Assembly: GCA_964247055.1 (NCBI GenBank)
Contig: OZ176054.1
Span: 7,378,001-7,442,000, forward strand
Source of the DNA: Paragordius varius
Lineage: Eukaryota; Animalia; Nematomorpha
Length of the DNA stretch: 64,000 bases
Direction of reading: 5' to 3'
Shown here one piece after another: positions 37,850-54,678 of the stretch (within the stretch, counting starts at the first letter, position 1; each line of letters opens with the position of its first letter). Below the pieces are notes generated by a model. That model had not been told where the DNA came from. It saw nothing but the letters and a program-made list of their open reading frames with translations, and made no database searches. Position numbers and translations under genes: made by a program.

Positions 37850-40470
37850 ATGTGTGGGTAAAAGATGGTGTGTTTGAGAGGTAGAATGGCTCAAGTTGTA
37901 AGGAAGAAGGGAAGGTATAGTAAAATAAAGGTGAGAGTGATCATTTTTAGGGCAAAAATAAAAAATAGATCCAAATATATAGGAGTGATGGGATTTAGGA
38001 TGTATATATGTAAGGTGAGGTGTGGTGAGAGGTGATGATAGGTATGTGATATCGAAAGGATAGAGAATGTATGTGTTGATGTGTAATGTAAAAATATGTA
38101 GGGATATGATTTAATATAAAATTAAAAAAAATAATTATCAAATAATAAAGTATCCAAAAATAAGGAGATGTAAAAAGTGAGTGAGGATGTCGTTTTGTAA
38201 GGTTAGGAGGTATGATGAGAAGATAGATAGGTGATTTTGTAAGAATGGTGAATGTAAGATATGTGTTGATGTTGTTCAAAGGAATATAATGTATATAAAA
38301 TCAATTATAAAATAAAAATTCAAAAATAAGGAGATATAATAAGTGTGAGACGATGTTTTTGAAAAGTGAGGAGATATGATGAGAGTAAATGGTAGGGGCT
38401 TTTGTAAAGATATGATTTGTTTTGTAATGTATAGTATATGGAAATTACAAATATATCAATAAAATAAAAAAGATCCCAAAAAATAGATATAATAATGTCC
38501 AAAAAATAAAAAGATGTATGATGAGATGTGTATGTAAGGTAAGATGAATTGAGGTCTAAGAAAATGGTAATAAAGGATATGTGTTGTTGTAAGGAAAAGA
38601 TCAAAAAAAGTATCCAAAACATAAGTGGGGTGTATGTTTATGTAATGTAAGGTGATGCGTGATAAAAATAAATGGTAGGTGATTTGTTAGCATAAAGATT
38701 TGAATTGATGTATAGAATTAGAGGAATGTAATTTAAATATAAATAAAAAATAGCGTATTAAATACAAAAAGAAGATGTGATGCAATGATGTAAGGTGAGG
38801 TGGGATGTAAATAAAAGTTAGGTGAATTAGTAACGATAGTAAAGTATTGAGATATATATTGATGTAATGTAAGGAGTATATATATATATTTCAAATATGT
38901 AAAAAATTATTGTCAAAATAATAATTCCAAAAAATAAAGATCTGTGATGATGGGTTGATGTTCGGTGAGGTGTGAAGAGAATAGTACGTGGTTTATGTAA
39001 GGATAGAGCGATATATATATCGATGTAAGGTAAAGAATATAGTAGTTAATAAAATATTACAAGTGTAAATATTAAGAAAGATGTGATGGGTATGAGTTGT
39101 GTAAGTAAGGTGAGGAGTGATGAAGGTTTAAAGATGATTTTGGAAGGATAATGAATGGAAGATATGTATGATGTAATTAATGTAAAATGGAATATAAAAA
39201 TAATTTAATTTAAATAAAAAGTATCCAATAATTAATAAAGGCTCCAAAAAATAAATAAAAGATATGATGATGAGATGTGTATGTAAGGTTAGGTGGCAAG
39301 TATATGATGATTTTGGAAGGAAGATGGAATAAATAAGTTGATGTAAGGTGAAGGAATATAGTTTAATAAAATAGAAAAATGTATAAAGGATTAGTGTTGT
39401 AAATGTTAGGTGAAGTGAGGTTGATAAAATGGTAGGTGATTTGGTAAGGATAAAGAATTTATTCAAAAAGTTTTATGTATGAGTATAAAGTGTGTGTATG
39501 TGTGTGTTAGATGTGATGATGAGATGAGTTAAGGTGTGAGTGGAATAAATGATAATGGAGGATATGTGTTGATGTAATGTAAAAGATTAGAAAAGTATCC
39601 ATAATATAAGTGTGAGGTATGTGTATGTAATGTAAGGTGTTCGGTGATAAAAATAAATGGTAGGTGATTTGTAGGTATATGTGTTGGTGTAATGTAAGGT
39701 AATATAGTTAAATAAAAAATGTCGAAAAAATAAATAGGATATGTGTGTGAATAGTTCAAAGATTTATTCTATATGTAAGGTGATGGGTCATAAAAAGTTA
39801 ATGGTCGATGATTCCTAAGTAAGGTTTATGGAGATTTGTGTTGATGTAATTGTAAAGGAATATAATTGTGTCAAATAATAGATGTGATGATTTATATGTA
39901 AGGTAGGTGAGGTGTGTTGGTAATTAATGGATGATTTCGTAAGGATAAAAAATGGAAGATATGTCTTGATGTAATCCAAAGTAATATGAAAATATAATTT
40001 AAATAAAATAAAAAATATCCAAAAATAAATAAGATTATCCAAAAAAATAAGTTGATGTAAGGTAAGGTGAGATAAAGGTTAGATGATTTTGTAAGGATAA
40101 TAAAGTAAGGAGATTCATGTTGATGTATAGTAAAGGAATATAGTTTAATAAAAAAGTAGTGTAGAAAAAATGTATAGGAGATGTGATGTTGTGAATGTTA
40201 GGTGAAGTGAGGTTGATAAAATGGTATGTGATTTGGTAAGGATAAAGAGTTTATCCAAAAAGTTTGATGTAATGAGTATAAAATGTGTGTATGTGTATGT
40301 GTGTGTTAGATGTGTTGATGAGATGTAGTAATGTAAAGGAATTAATTTGGGAAAAAGTAGAATATGAATGCAAGTAAAAATATATATATGTAGAAATATA
40401 TATAGTGAATGTGCATATATAATTATATTAATAAAATGTATATAAAATGGAATATATGTTTTTTATAGTT
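37850..40470. repeat. Degenerate ~140-bp G-rich/C-poor satellite, copy B (about 1 kb longer than A)
   Basis: Same modules as 23760-25380. Extra block at about 38620-39590, and an internal higher-order match between 39340-39510 and 40120-40330. Confidence 0.85.
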
Positions 40471-40505
40471 TTGATTTCGATTGGGCAACCCACATACAAC
40501 CAACA

Positions 40506-43076
40506 TCAAACACGGGTTTCCCAATAATAGAACCCTATTTCGAATAATGTTTGAAAAAAATAGTTGTAATACGAAAATAAAATAGGGGTTTATGTTAAAT
40601 TTTTCCATTAATTATCTTATATAATTAATAAAAAATATATATTTAATCTTGAGACTTACGATATGTTTCTATCAAGAAACAATCAGTCCCCTCAACTTCA
40701 TAATCACATGTACGACCCTTGCACTCCACCAAATCTAATCCTGATAAACCTGAATCACAAGACGGTTTATCGTATGTTGATGATGTCAATGAAAAACTCT
40801 CAGATTCCCCATTAAATATATCGTTTTTCGGAACGATTTGTTCTATATTTAACATGAAAAAAATTGTAGTGAATAATTTGATAAAGCTTATAAAATTCAA
40901 ATGTTACCGCATGAATCAGTCAAAATTATTTCTTTTTCGGATGGTTTTTCGCTCTCTACCGTATTCATATCTGGCAAATTAGGATTTGGATTAGAACGTA
41001 TACCAATAGGGGAAGTTGGATTAAAATTAAAATACTCAATTTCATCATTGAAAACGACTCTTTTGGGGTCAATCGGTTCTAATAATAAATTATTTGAATG
41101 ATATGATGTTGTTATTATCAAATTTAATTGGTATAATTTACGAACAAACTCAATTAATATAACTTAGCGTGTTGTTTTATAGTTTTTAACATCTACAAAA
41201 TAGCAATTATTTTAATTAAAAATTAATAAATTACCATCTTTGGATCCGTTTTTCCCCTTGAGATTGGATTTCTTTGGAATCAAGTCCTCAGGCCTACCAG
41301 GCGGATTCACAACTAAAATGCATATTAAAATTAGAATTATAGTTAGAAAAATAACATATAAATTAGTTTAAAAATTGTCCAGTTATATTAATTTTTCTAA
41401 TTTAAAGTAGTATTATATTGATTTAAACGAAATTTCCTTTTTCAAAAATATAATTTAGGTAATTTTAAATCTTAAAAAACACATAATTTATTTTAGGGTG
41501 TATTTGAATTGTTCAAGGGTGAATTTGAATTGTTTAAGGGTAAATTTGAACTGTAAGCGGTTTATTCTTTGCTTTTAAAATAAAATTGACTTTTGTTTTT
41601 CTTACTTAAAAATATATACAAATTATCACTGCTGAATTGGTTAATGATTATTTTTGTAAAACATATGTGAAAAATTCGATTTTCTTCATTCATATATCAG
41701 AAATTTTTTTGATAAAGAATAATAAAATCTCTTATAAAAGCTTGATAACCTATTATAATTATTATGTTATAATTGAAAGCTTTTCCCATGTTTCGCAAAA
41801 ATAGTACAATATTAAAACATCAGAATTTTATCAATATTATATAATTTGAATTGCTTAATTGTGTATTTTTCGGTTGTACTGCAATCAAATTAATATGCAG
41901 TTTAATATCGTATAAAAATTACTTTAATACATTGAATATATATATATATATATATATGAAAAACGCATTGTCACTAAAATGTTAATAGTTTGTTTACCCT
42001 TTAAAGCGTCTTGCTTTTTCACCATTCCAAAACAAGAAAATACTCGATTCCACCACTTCTTGGAATCTATAAAAATGCAAATTTATTTTAAACTTACAAA
42101 AAAGCTGTTCCACATTATTTAAAGTTACTTACATAGTTTATAATAAAAAGATACCAAAATGAAATTTACTCTCAATATAAAAAGTTTATTAAAAATTTTT
42201 TTCCAATCGTCATATATAAATCTAAATTTAAATGCTTAGTTGTTGGTTTTACTGATTTTATAAATATCTATATCTGCATCGTCAAACGGTTTCCTTTTTA
42301 TTCAATAATACCATTCCAACGTCCCTTAAAACAACTTCTGAACTATAAATTATTTATAAAATTTAAAAATTTAAACATATAAACCTTGTCTAATGACCTT
42401 TCTTTCATTATTTTTATTCTTTTTAATACAATTGACAGCAAAAATGTTTTTCATTAGATGGGGATATAAATGTTAGTTACAAGATAAAATAATTTAAATT
42501 TGATTGTTGCATTCTATAATGTTAATTATTTAAACTATTAATTATTACTGTAGCAAAAATATAATATATATTAGGGTTTAGTAAGTAAAAAAATTTTTTA
42601 TAATTAATTCTTTTCTATAGGTTTTGGGCAATTCTACAATCATAGTTTTAGTTTTTTAAACGTTTAAAATAATTATTTATAGCCAAATGGAAACACATGA
42701 ATTACAAACATTATATATGATTAAAATTATTATAAAACAGACAAATTAAGGCTGTTTTTTAACTTGTCAATTCATATTGTGGTAATTTGAATTTAAAATT
42801 TTAGGCCAACTCTTTTCATTTTTGAAAGTTTTGAAACTAGCTTTTAACTATTCAATGAAATATATCAGCTTGATCGGAATTTTCTCAAATAAGATCTAGT
42901 ATTGAAATCAAAATTACCCATCAATTTAAGTAGCCAAATATGTATAAATATTTTTGATTAAAAATAGAAACAGCTTTTCTATAGTTTTGTTAATATTGAA
43001 AAGTATGTTATAGCATTTAACCTTTTCCCATCGCCTTCCTTTCGCCATTTCTCTTCTTTCTGATCCAGAAAGTCAT
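40506..43076 (-). CDS. Uncharacterised 194-aa protein with RVxF-type PP1-docking motif, paralog B
   Basis: Exons 43076-43022, 42066-41998, 41312-41235, 41078-40908, 40842-40660 and 40534-40506. Exon lengths are identical to paralog A (55/69/78/171/183/29), with no indels or stops. KRVVFNDEIEYF, ends YWETRV*. Confidence 0.78.
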
Positions 43077-43609
43077 GGTAAAAGTTTTTTATGAAAAAAA
43101 TTTAGTAATGTTAGAATGAATTTAGATTTTTAATAAGAAAGGTTTATAAAATGATTGTTGGCTTAATCACATTAAATTATGATAATAATTAAATAATTTA
43201 TTATAGATGGTAATAGGTTATATGTATTTGAAACAAAATGGTTTTTATTATTATTAGTTTAACTGTTTTTTACTAAACAATATTTTTAGCCATTCAGGTT
43301 TTAGCAGAAGTTGGAATCGAAAACTTTTTTGGTTAAAGATCCAATCCGTTTTTCTAAAAGGGTTTGATTAAATAGTTTCGGCAGGAAATTTTTTGAATGC
43401 CACCGTTCCATTTTTTCAGTCAAATGGTGCTAATTTCATTTGCATTTGAAAAAAGTTTATTGGTTTCTGTTACAATTAAAATAAAATCTCTCAAAAAACC
43501 ATATATAACAATTTTCTCGGTTGTTTTTTTCTGAAAAACAAATAATTTAAAATAAAAATTAGAAAAATCTTAAAAAATAAAAATTTTGGAAAATATATTT
43601 GATAAAATT

Positions 43610-44730
43610 GCTATAAAGATGATGGCATCGGTTCTAATCCCCGGTCTTCAATTTTCTAATTTCAATGTAACATCTACAAATCAGGAAAATGATATCTAGA
43701 GAAGGAAATCAATTTGGTTTCACATGCCAGAAAGTCAACTAATAACCCTATATATGCGGTTAGGAGGTTGATTGAAAAACACAGTAAAAAGAGGAAGAGG
43801 TATAAGTGGTTTTAATTGACAGAAAAGACGTTTGACAGAATTCCAAGAGAATCTATTTGGTGGAGCCTCCGTCGTAAAAATGTGCCTAAATGTTATATAA
43901 AATTATAACAAATAATCTAACACCTTTAGGATTAAAAACTCCCCAAGGATTGTAGGATCACTTTGCAAAGCATGACGTCTACCAAGGTTCATCGCTTAGT
44001 CCCTTGTTGTTTATAATTTGTATGGATGAGGTAGCCAAAGTTGTTAATCAAAGGTCAGGTTGGTATTTCATATATGCGGATGACAAAATCCTTTTGTCCG
44101 ATTTACTGGCTGAGTTAAAGGGTAAACAAATGGGTCATCAAACTGAATGAACGCGGTTTAAAAGTTAAAAAATCAAAAAATGAATTTATTAGCTCGTAAT
44201 CAGCAACATAAATGGATGTGTTGTGGATTGGGCTTTGAAGGGTAAACAAAGGAGCAAATATTTGGGGGCAATTTTAAATTCAGATGGATAGATTAGTTGG
44301 GTAAATTGGAAGAAAATTTCGAGGTTAGAGTGAAAAGTAAGATATCAGTGCAGTTTACACCCACAATGATGCAAAAAATCCGAAGAAAGACATTGTAACG
44401 TTACTTAAATAAATGTATTGAATGATGTGTGGGGTAATAAGAAAGGACAGTTAAAAATATATCTAATCGTGGGAGCGCGGATGTTAAACCGATATCGGAA
44501 GGAAAGACAAAAGAGTTACGTTGGTTTGGGCACATTGAAAGGAGAAATTCTCATTATGTTGCAAAACAATTAGAGAGTCATAAAGTTGAAACGAGGACAT
44601 GGGCCCCTTAAAAGGAGATGAATGGTTGGACACAATAAAGCAAGCAAAATACAAGTAAAATCAGAAGACGCAATAGATAGAGTTTTATGGCGAGACAGTA
44701 CATAACAGCTCCCACGAGTGCAAACATGTA
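43610..44730 (+). mobile_element. Decayed RTE-clade non-LTR retrotransposon, copy B
   Basis: NQFGF..YAVRRLIEKH..DRIPRESIWWSLRRKNVPKCYIK; YADD at 44073-44084; WFGHIERR. Confidence 0.85.
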
Positions 44731-45871
44731 AAGTGATAATAATAAATGTAACATTAAATCAGATAAAAGTTAAGAAATATTAAATATTTCGTCTGTAGAA
44801 TTTATCGATTACCTTAATTATAAATATATTAATATAAAAATTAAATAAATTTTTCGTTAAAAATATTTGACGTTATTATGTTAGGGAAATTTAGGATATT
44901 TGTTCGTAATTGATTTTGACGTTCAATAAGCCTAAAATGTTGCTAAATTTATATGCACATTTAGCACCTATATTGTATTTTCCGGTCTAATTAGCAAAAT
45001 TTTTTATAAATTTTCTATTGATATAAAGTGCCAAAAGTACGATCTGGTCCTTTATTTTTTAATAATAAAGACCCGTATAACAAATTTGGCATTTTTCCGA
45101 GAATGCAATCCGATTTTTGACTGGGATACCCATTTCGAACTTTCCTAGATTTTAGCTTTGAAACATATATTATATCTTCATGAACATTAAATCCTTAATT
45201 TAAAGGCAAATGGTCCTCTAGAGGTAAAAAATTGTGATAATTAGACAAACATGCCTGTATTTGGGAAAATTAATTTTTGGGCACTTACAGATGTTTTAAT
45301 TTTATAAAGACTATTTTTAATAAGAATCGACGTTAATTTTTAATTGTGGTCTTGATGATTTAAGGCAGGTGCATTCGGGCCAAAAATATAAATCTATATC
45401 CTATATTCCTACGGTAGTTTTATAAATAAGTAGTTTTCAATAAACGAATGGCGCACAGTAACCATTACTTGGGTACAGTTTGACCATTTTAGGATCATTA
45501 ATTTTAAATAAATTTTAATAAAACTTAACAATCAAAACGCATCCCAAGAATACAGCAGACCTAGGTAGCTACGGTTGACTAAGAGGGCTCTTTTGTGTTC
45601 TTTAACATCAAACTATATGATGTGTCAGAGACAGCCAAGTTTTTAATATATAGAAATAAATCAGTATAGATCTATTACATCTATACAATATATATTGTGC
45701 CAAAAGATTTTAATCTAGATAAGAATAGAAAAATCCAATTATTTTTTACGGTATTTTATCATTTTTGAAATAACATATTACATCAAAAATCACCAGATTA
45801 TCGAAGCTCTTTTCTATTGATTAACTAAAAAACTTTCATTGATCGATATATTGTTAACTATCTCTAATTGT

Positions 45872-48800
45872 ATGTTAAATATGGATAAGGTGGATTCGTC
45901 TCCCGTGTATCCAAATAATTATGCCAGGAAAAGACATTTTTCTCTAGCAAGTGAAGAGGATCTCAATTTCGATAAATTTAAAAACGGAACCGACCAATTA
46001 AACAGTTATCAGGCAGATTTCCCCGACAATATATTGAAACCAATTCAAACAGATAAAACTTTAGACTTGGAACTTTCTAAGGCAGCAAATAACGAAAAAT
46101 CTGCACAAAGCTGCAAAATGCCCAAACAAATGAGCTTTAATGGACACTCGAAAAGAATGGCTAAAATCAACGATGCCAATAACTCTGGTAGAAAAACTAA
46201 AAAAGTGGAATTCTTTGATTTCGCTAATCACGAAACAAAGAAAAAGGGCCTAAACCCAAGTGCTACTAACAATTTTAAAAATAGGACGACAGAAAAGCCA
46301 ATAATTTCATCTTATGCAGAAACATACAAAAGGGCTAGAGACTCTCTTATTTCACTTCGGGATAATATAAAGATAAGAACTATCCCTTGTTGGAACACAT
46401 CAAAATTCAAACAATATGTTTCATTATCATTTTCTCAACACAGATATTTAATGGCTGCAAGAATAGTCCAAATAATTCTGTCTGCTATAATTACTTTATC
46501 CAGTATTCAATTTTTATGGAATAGATGTGACATGTTTCGTAAAATTATATCATCGATACTACGACGTGCAATGATAAAGGTAATTTATGATTAATTTGAC
46601 ACTTTTTGACAAATCAATAAAATAATTATAATTTTATAAAAAGGGATTGAAAGTGTGGGATTGGAGATATTTGTATTATGCGAATTGTCTTATCAAAAAC
46701 CCATATTACGTCCCATCCGGTTTATCTGAAGGAGATTGTCAAGTATTTAAATATCCAAGATTTATTTTGATTTATAATTTAATATGTGGTGTAAGTATTA
46801 TTAAAATATATAATTTTGTGCCAATATTGTAAGCCAAACCATTCAAATTAGACTTGTGTTTAAAATTGTATAATTATATTTATACTAGGTGAGTCCGTCA
46901 TAACTTAGCGATGAAGGTGAGTTGATAAAATATTTTTTCAAAGGTATAAACTATGGTGCAAATACAAAAAAATATTTTAGCAATAGCGCTTCTCTCGTTA
47001 ATGAAATTTTTTACCATTATACTAAACTGCTCATGCTAAAATGTCCCAATTAAATTTATTTATATTCAATATCAAAAGCCTTTAAACAAGTTTAAAATAA
47101 TCTTTTCGACAAAAAGTGGGGCTGACCTTAGGGGCAAATTAATAACATGGCTTCACCATGAGAAGTCCATTTGTAATTGCATTGTAAATGACCAATATTG
47201 TATTAAATGAACCTACACTTTCCTGGAAAATTTGTAGTAAACAGACGACTATATGGATTCGTTTGAATGAAAAACCTACTTTTAAAAGCGATTAATCCAA
47301 AGCATAGTTAGTTACTTGTATATAATCCGCAAATTCATAATATACCATTTGCACTTCAAGAGTGTCCTTGAACAATTCAAGTTGATCCTTGATATTTCAA
47401 GGTCCTTGATCACTTCAAGTTCCTTAAATGTTGAACCATAATTTTTGCATGTATTTTTTAATTTTATTATTTTTTAACCTAATTTTTTTTATTTATTATA
47501 TATTTTTTCATTTAAAATTAAATATTTTTAATCAAAAACCACCTTTTTGTTTCTAACTAATATTTTTCCAATTTAACAAATTATTAACTTTTAAAGTTTT
47601 TACAGAAAAATTGCAAATAATAACCCAGAAAACTTATATATTTTTTAATTAAGTGTTAAAATCTTTTAAAAGTGCAAAATAATTTCAATAAATTAATAAT
47701 GATATACGGTTTTTGAATGATTAAATTAAAAGTTGATATTGATTTAAAATTTATCTTAAATAATAGAAAGGTTTAAACCATAAAATAGATGAATGATATA
47801 CGATTTGATTGACAGTTAAAAACAAAACCAAAATGTCAAAGGACCTTGAAATGTTCAAGGACCAACTTGTGTTCAAGGACCAATTTGAAGTGTTCAAGGA
47901 CACTCTTGAAGTGCAAATGGTATAAAACATAAGCACACATTAAATTTTAATGTGACGACGACATGTTCAGAAAACTCCATCTCAAAAATATTTAAATTAT
48001 ATGAAGTAAATAACTTATTACATTTTGTTATAGAATTGTTTGGAAGTCAATTCAATTCTAAAAATTATGACTTTAAAATCGTGTTCCATAGCACAATTAG
48101 CCGACCACAATCAAGAATTACAATCCTTAATAAAATCGGAACAGCCATTTATAGTATCTGATGGATGTATGCGTGAATGGCCAATATATAAATACAAAAT
48201 ACCACTTATTCAAGACATTGATAAGGCAACAACTTATTTATTTTATGACATAACATATCTATATTTTTTATGAGTTATATGTCCAAAATTAAGCGTTTTC
48301 TACATTAGATTTTAAGGTAAAAGATATTGGTTGATAATTTAACAAAACAATAAAAATAAAGTTTTTGGAATTGAAAACGATAATTAATATTTTTACGTTT
48401 GACAAAGATTACTTGTGGTAATCGAAATATTATATTATAATAAATTATATAATTTTTGCTGAATGATTCCATATATAATAATTTATTATTATTATTTATA
48501 CGCATTTCGCCACAAAAAACTTTCCTAATATTTAGCGCGGAAGCACTTTTTTACATTTAATACAAAAATTGGAGTTATACGGACAAAACGTATAAATAAT
48601 ATAAAGACAAATATTTTTTTTCAAAAGACAACCATACTTTTTTAACCCTTAATTTTTTCATATAAATTATATAATCTCAATTGTAAAATATATAATTGAT
48701 TGTGTCACAAATCTAAATCTATATTTGATACTTTGCAATTTTAAACAATAATATATATTTAAAAAAATCAAGATTCAAAAAGTATGGTCGTTTTTTAAAA

Positions 48801-49987
48801 AAAATATTTGTCTTTTGTCCGTATTATTTCAATTTTTACTGTAATTGATCTAACGTTTATTTTGTTTTAAATCTAACTTCAAAAATCAAATCAGATTCAT
48901 TTGGAAAGTAACGATTTGGATAAATCGTACCCATGTTCGATACATTCAAGCCATTCATTTAGGGGACAAAGCAGTCGCACCAAGCGAACTAATCTTTTGA
49001 CAAACAAAGTTGATCGTTTTTACGCTTTATGGTAATATTAATATCACTCTTTGCATGTTGCAGATTAACTAAATTTCTTCATAATATTTCCAAGTTAAAA
49101 ACTTAAATTGTCAACGTTCGATAACCGACAAATATTTATTTGTTTCTTTTAAGGGAGAACTGTGAAAAGATTGCTGCAAAAGCTTTCAGAAAATCAAGTT
49201 ATAACCGACCTATTTGGATTCCACCCATGATTGAAATGGACACCACGAACTGGATTTTCATATCCAAAAAATTTATTCCAATCAATTTATTAAAGGTTAT
49301 TTTCATAAACAAACATAAACTCACTAAAAAATGGAATATGTTTAAATGAAAATATTATATATTTAAACACATCCCTAGATTCCAATAACTGGAACAAGCG
49401 TTTGGATGTCAATGATTACAGGGAGTGTAGAGATAATTCTAAAACCCAAATATCCGTGTAATCAAACAAACATTTGTAAAACTATTAATGCAACCTTGAC
49501 ACCTCGAGATAACAGTAATATACCATTTACAGCTCAAATTCACCCTTGAACAATCAAAATCACCATTGAACAATTCAAATTCACCCTAATGTGTTTTACT
49601 AATATAACTCATTATTAATATAAAATATATCGTTATGGCATATTTAATTATTTTTTTTATATTATTTTAATGTTAAACAAAATTTTTATTTTTTTAAAAT
49701 ATATAAAATAGGTTATCAATAATCTTATAAAACATATATTTTATTTGAGGGTAAATTTGAATTGTTCGAGGGTAAATTTGAATTATTTAAGGGTGAATTT
49801 AAATTGTTAATGGTATATATACATTTGATAAAATTTATTTATTTTTAAATCATATTTAGTATTTTACAACACCAAATTATGGCAAGGATATTACACGCCT
49901 ACAAATTATAAAGTTTTACAACAAATGTACAATGGATTAGATGAAACAATTGCCATTGGATCTGGATTATATTGGAATAGAAACTAA
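45872..49987 (+). CDS. C6orf89-like / degenerate cupin (JmjC-like) single-pass membrane protein, about 513 aa
   Basis: Exons 45872-46579, 46644-46742, 48034-48225 (GC donor), 48895-49031, 49154-49295, 49379-49514 and 49860-49987, all phase-consistent. Hydrophobic segment IVQIILSAIITLSSIQFLW, then CLIKNP..DCQNCLEV..QPFIVSDG..WP..WENC..RPIWIPP..WIFI..W..I.G..IAIGS. The family call is from recalled motifs. Confidence 0.72.
47341..47924. mobile_element. MITE family 1 copy (intronic)
   Basis: Perfect 34-bp terminal inverted repeat tataccatttgcacttcaagagtgtccttgaaca; same ends as 21407-22059. Confidence 0.88.
49519..49817. mobile_element. MITE family 2 copy (intronic, 4 nt after a splice donor)
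   Basis: tataccattt...aatggtata ends; aaattcacccttgaac / gggtgaattt subterminal repeats. Confidence 0.8.
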
Positions 49988-50469
49988 AAGGAATGTTAAA
50001 CAGCTTTTCATTCATTAGATCTTATCTTTTTCCCAATAATTTGTAGAAAAATTAATCATACAAACTTTGACATCTAGATATAACAGAGTGTTAGAAAATT
50101 GTTGTATAAGCATAAATATGATCAAAATATACTTAATATTATGTAAATGTGATGTATGGAAATTTTTTATTATATGTATTTCTTAGAACCTAAATTGATA
50201 CTATATGGATAGTAGTGGGAGAAACATATGAAACAGATTATGATTTCAACCAAAAAATAATATCTATTTAACAATATAAAATCAAAATTCATTATATAGT
50301 ATCCCAATCAAAAACTTCCAATTAATTTATTTATGAACTCGGTACCAAAATTACTTATAATAACAGTAAACAAAATTTTATCATTTAACCCATATATATA
50401 TATATATATATATTTCGATAAAAATAAATTATAAAATTCATTTATTTTTATGCATATATGTATATATAA

Positions 50470-54678
<4,209 letters not shown>

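Larger units (their letters stand above)
32870..45812 (+). repeat. Segmental tandem duplication, copy B (about 12.9 kb)
   Basis: Same block order as copy A with indels. Junction actc|tttcccatgt at 32870, with ~4-5-bp cttt(c) microhomology to both ends. Confidence 0.95.

Noticed and set aside
42312-42408. Alternative 5' exons MKERSLDK / FRSCFKGRWN for the 194-aa gene
   Set aside because: The matching block in copy A (28171-28268) has an extra base and an in-frame TAG. The upstream 55-nt exon works in both copies. Not excluded as a B-specific variant.
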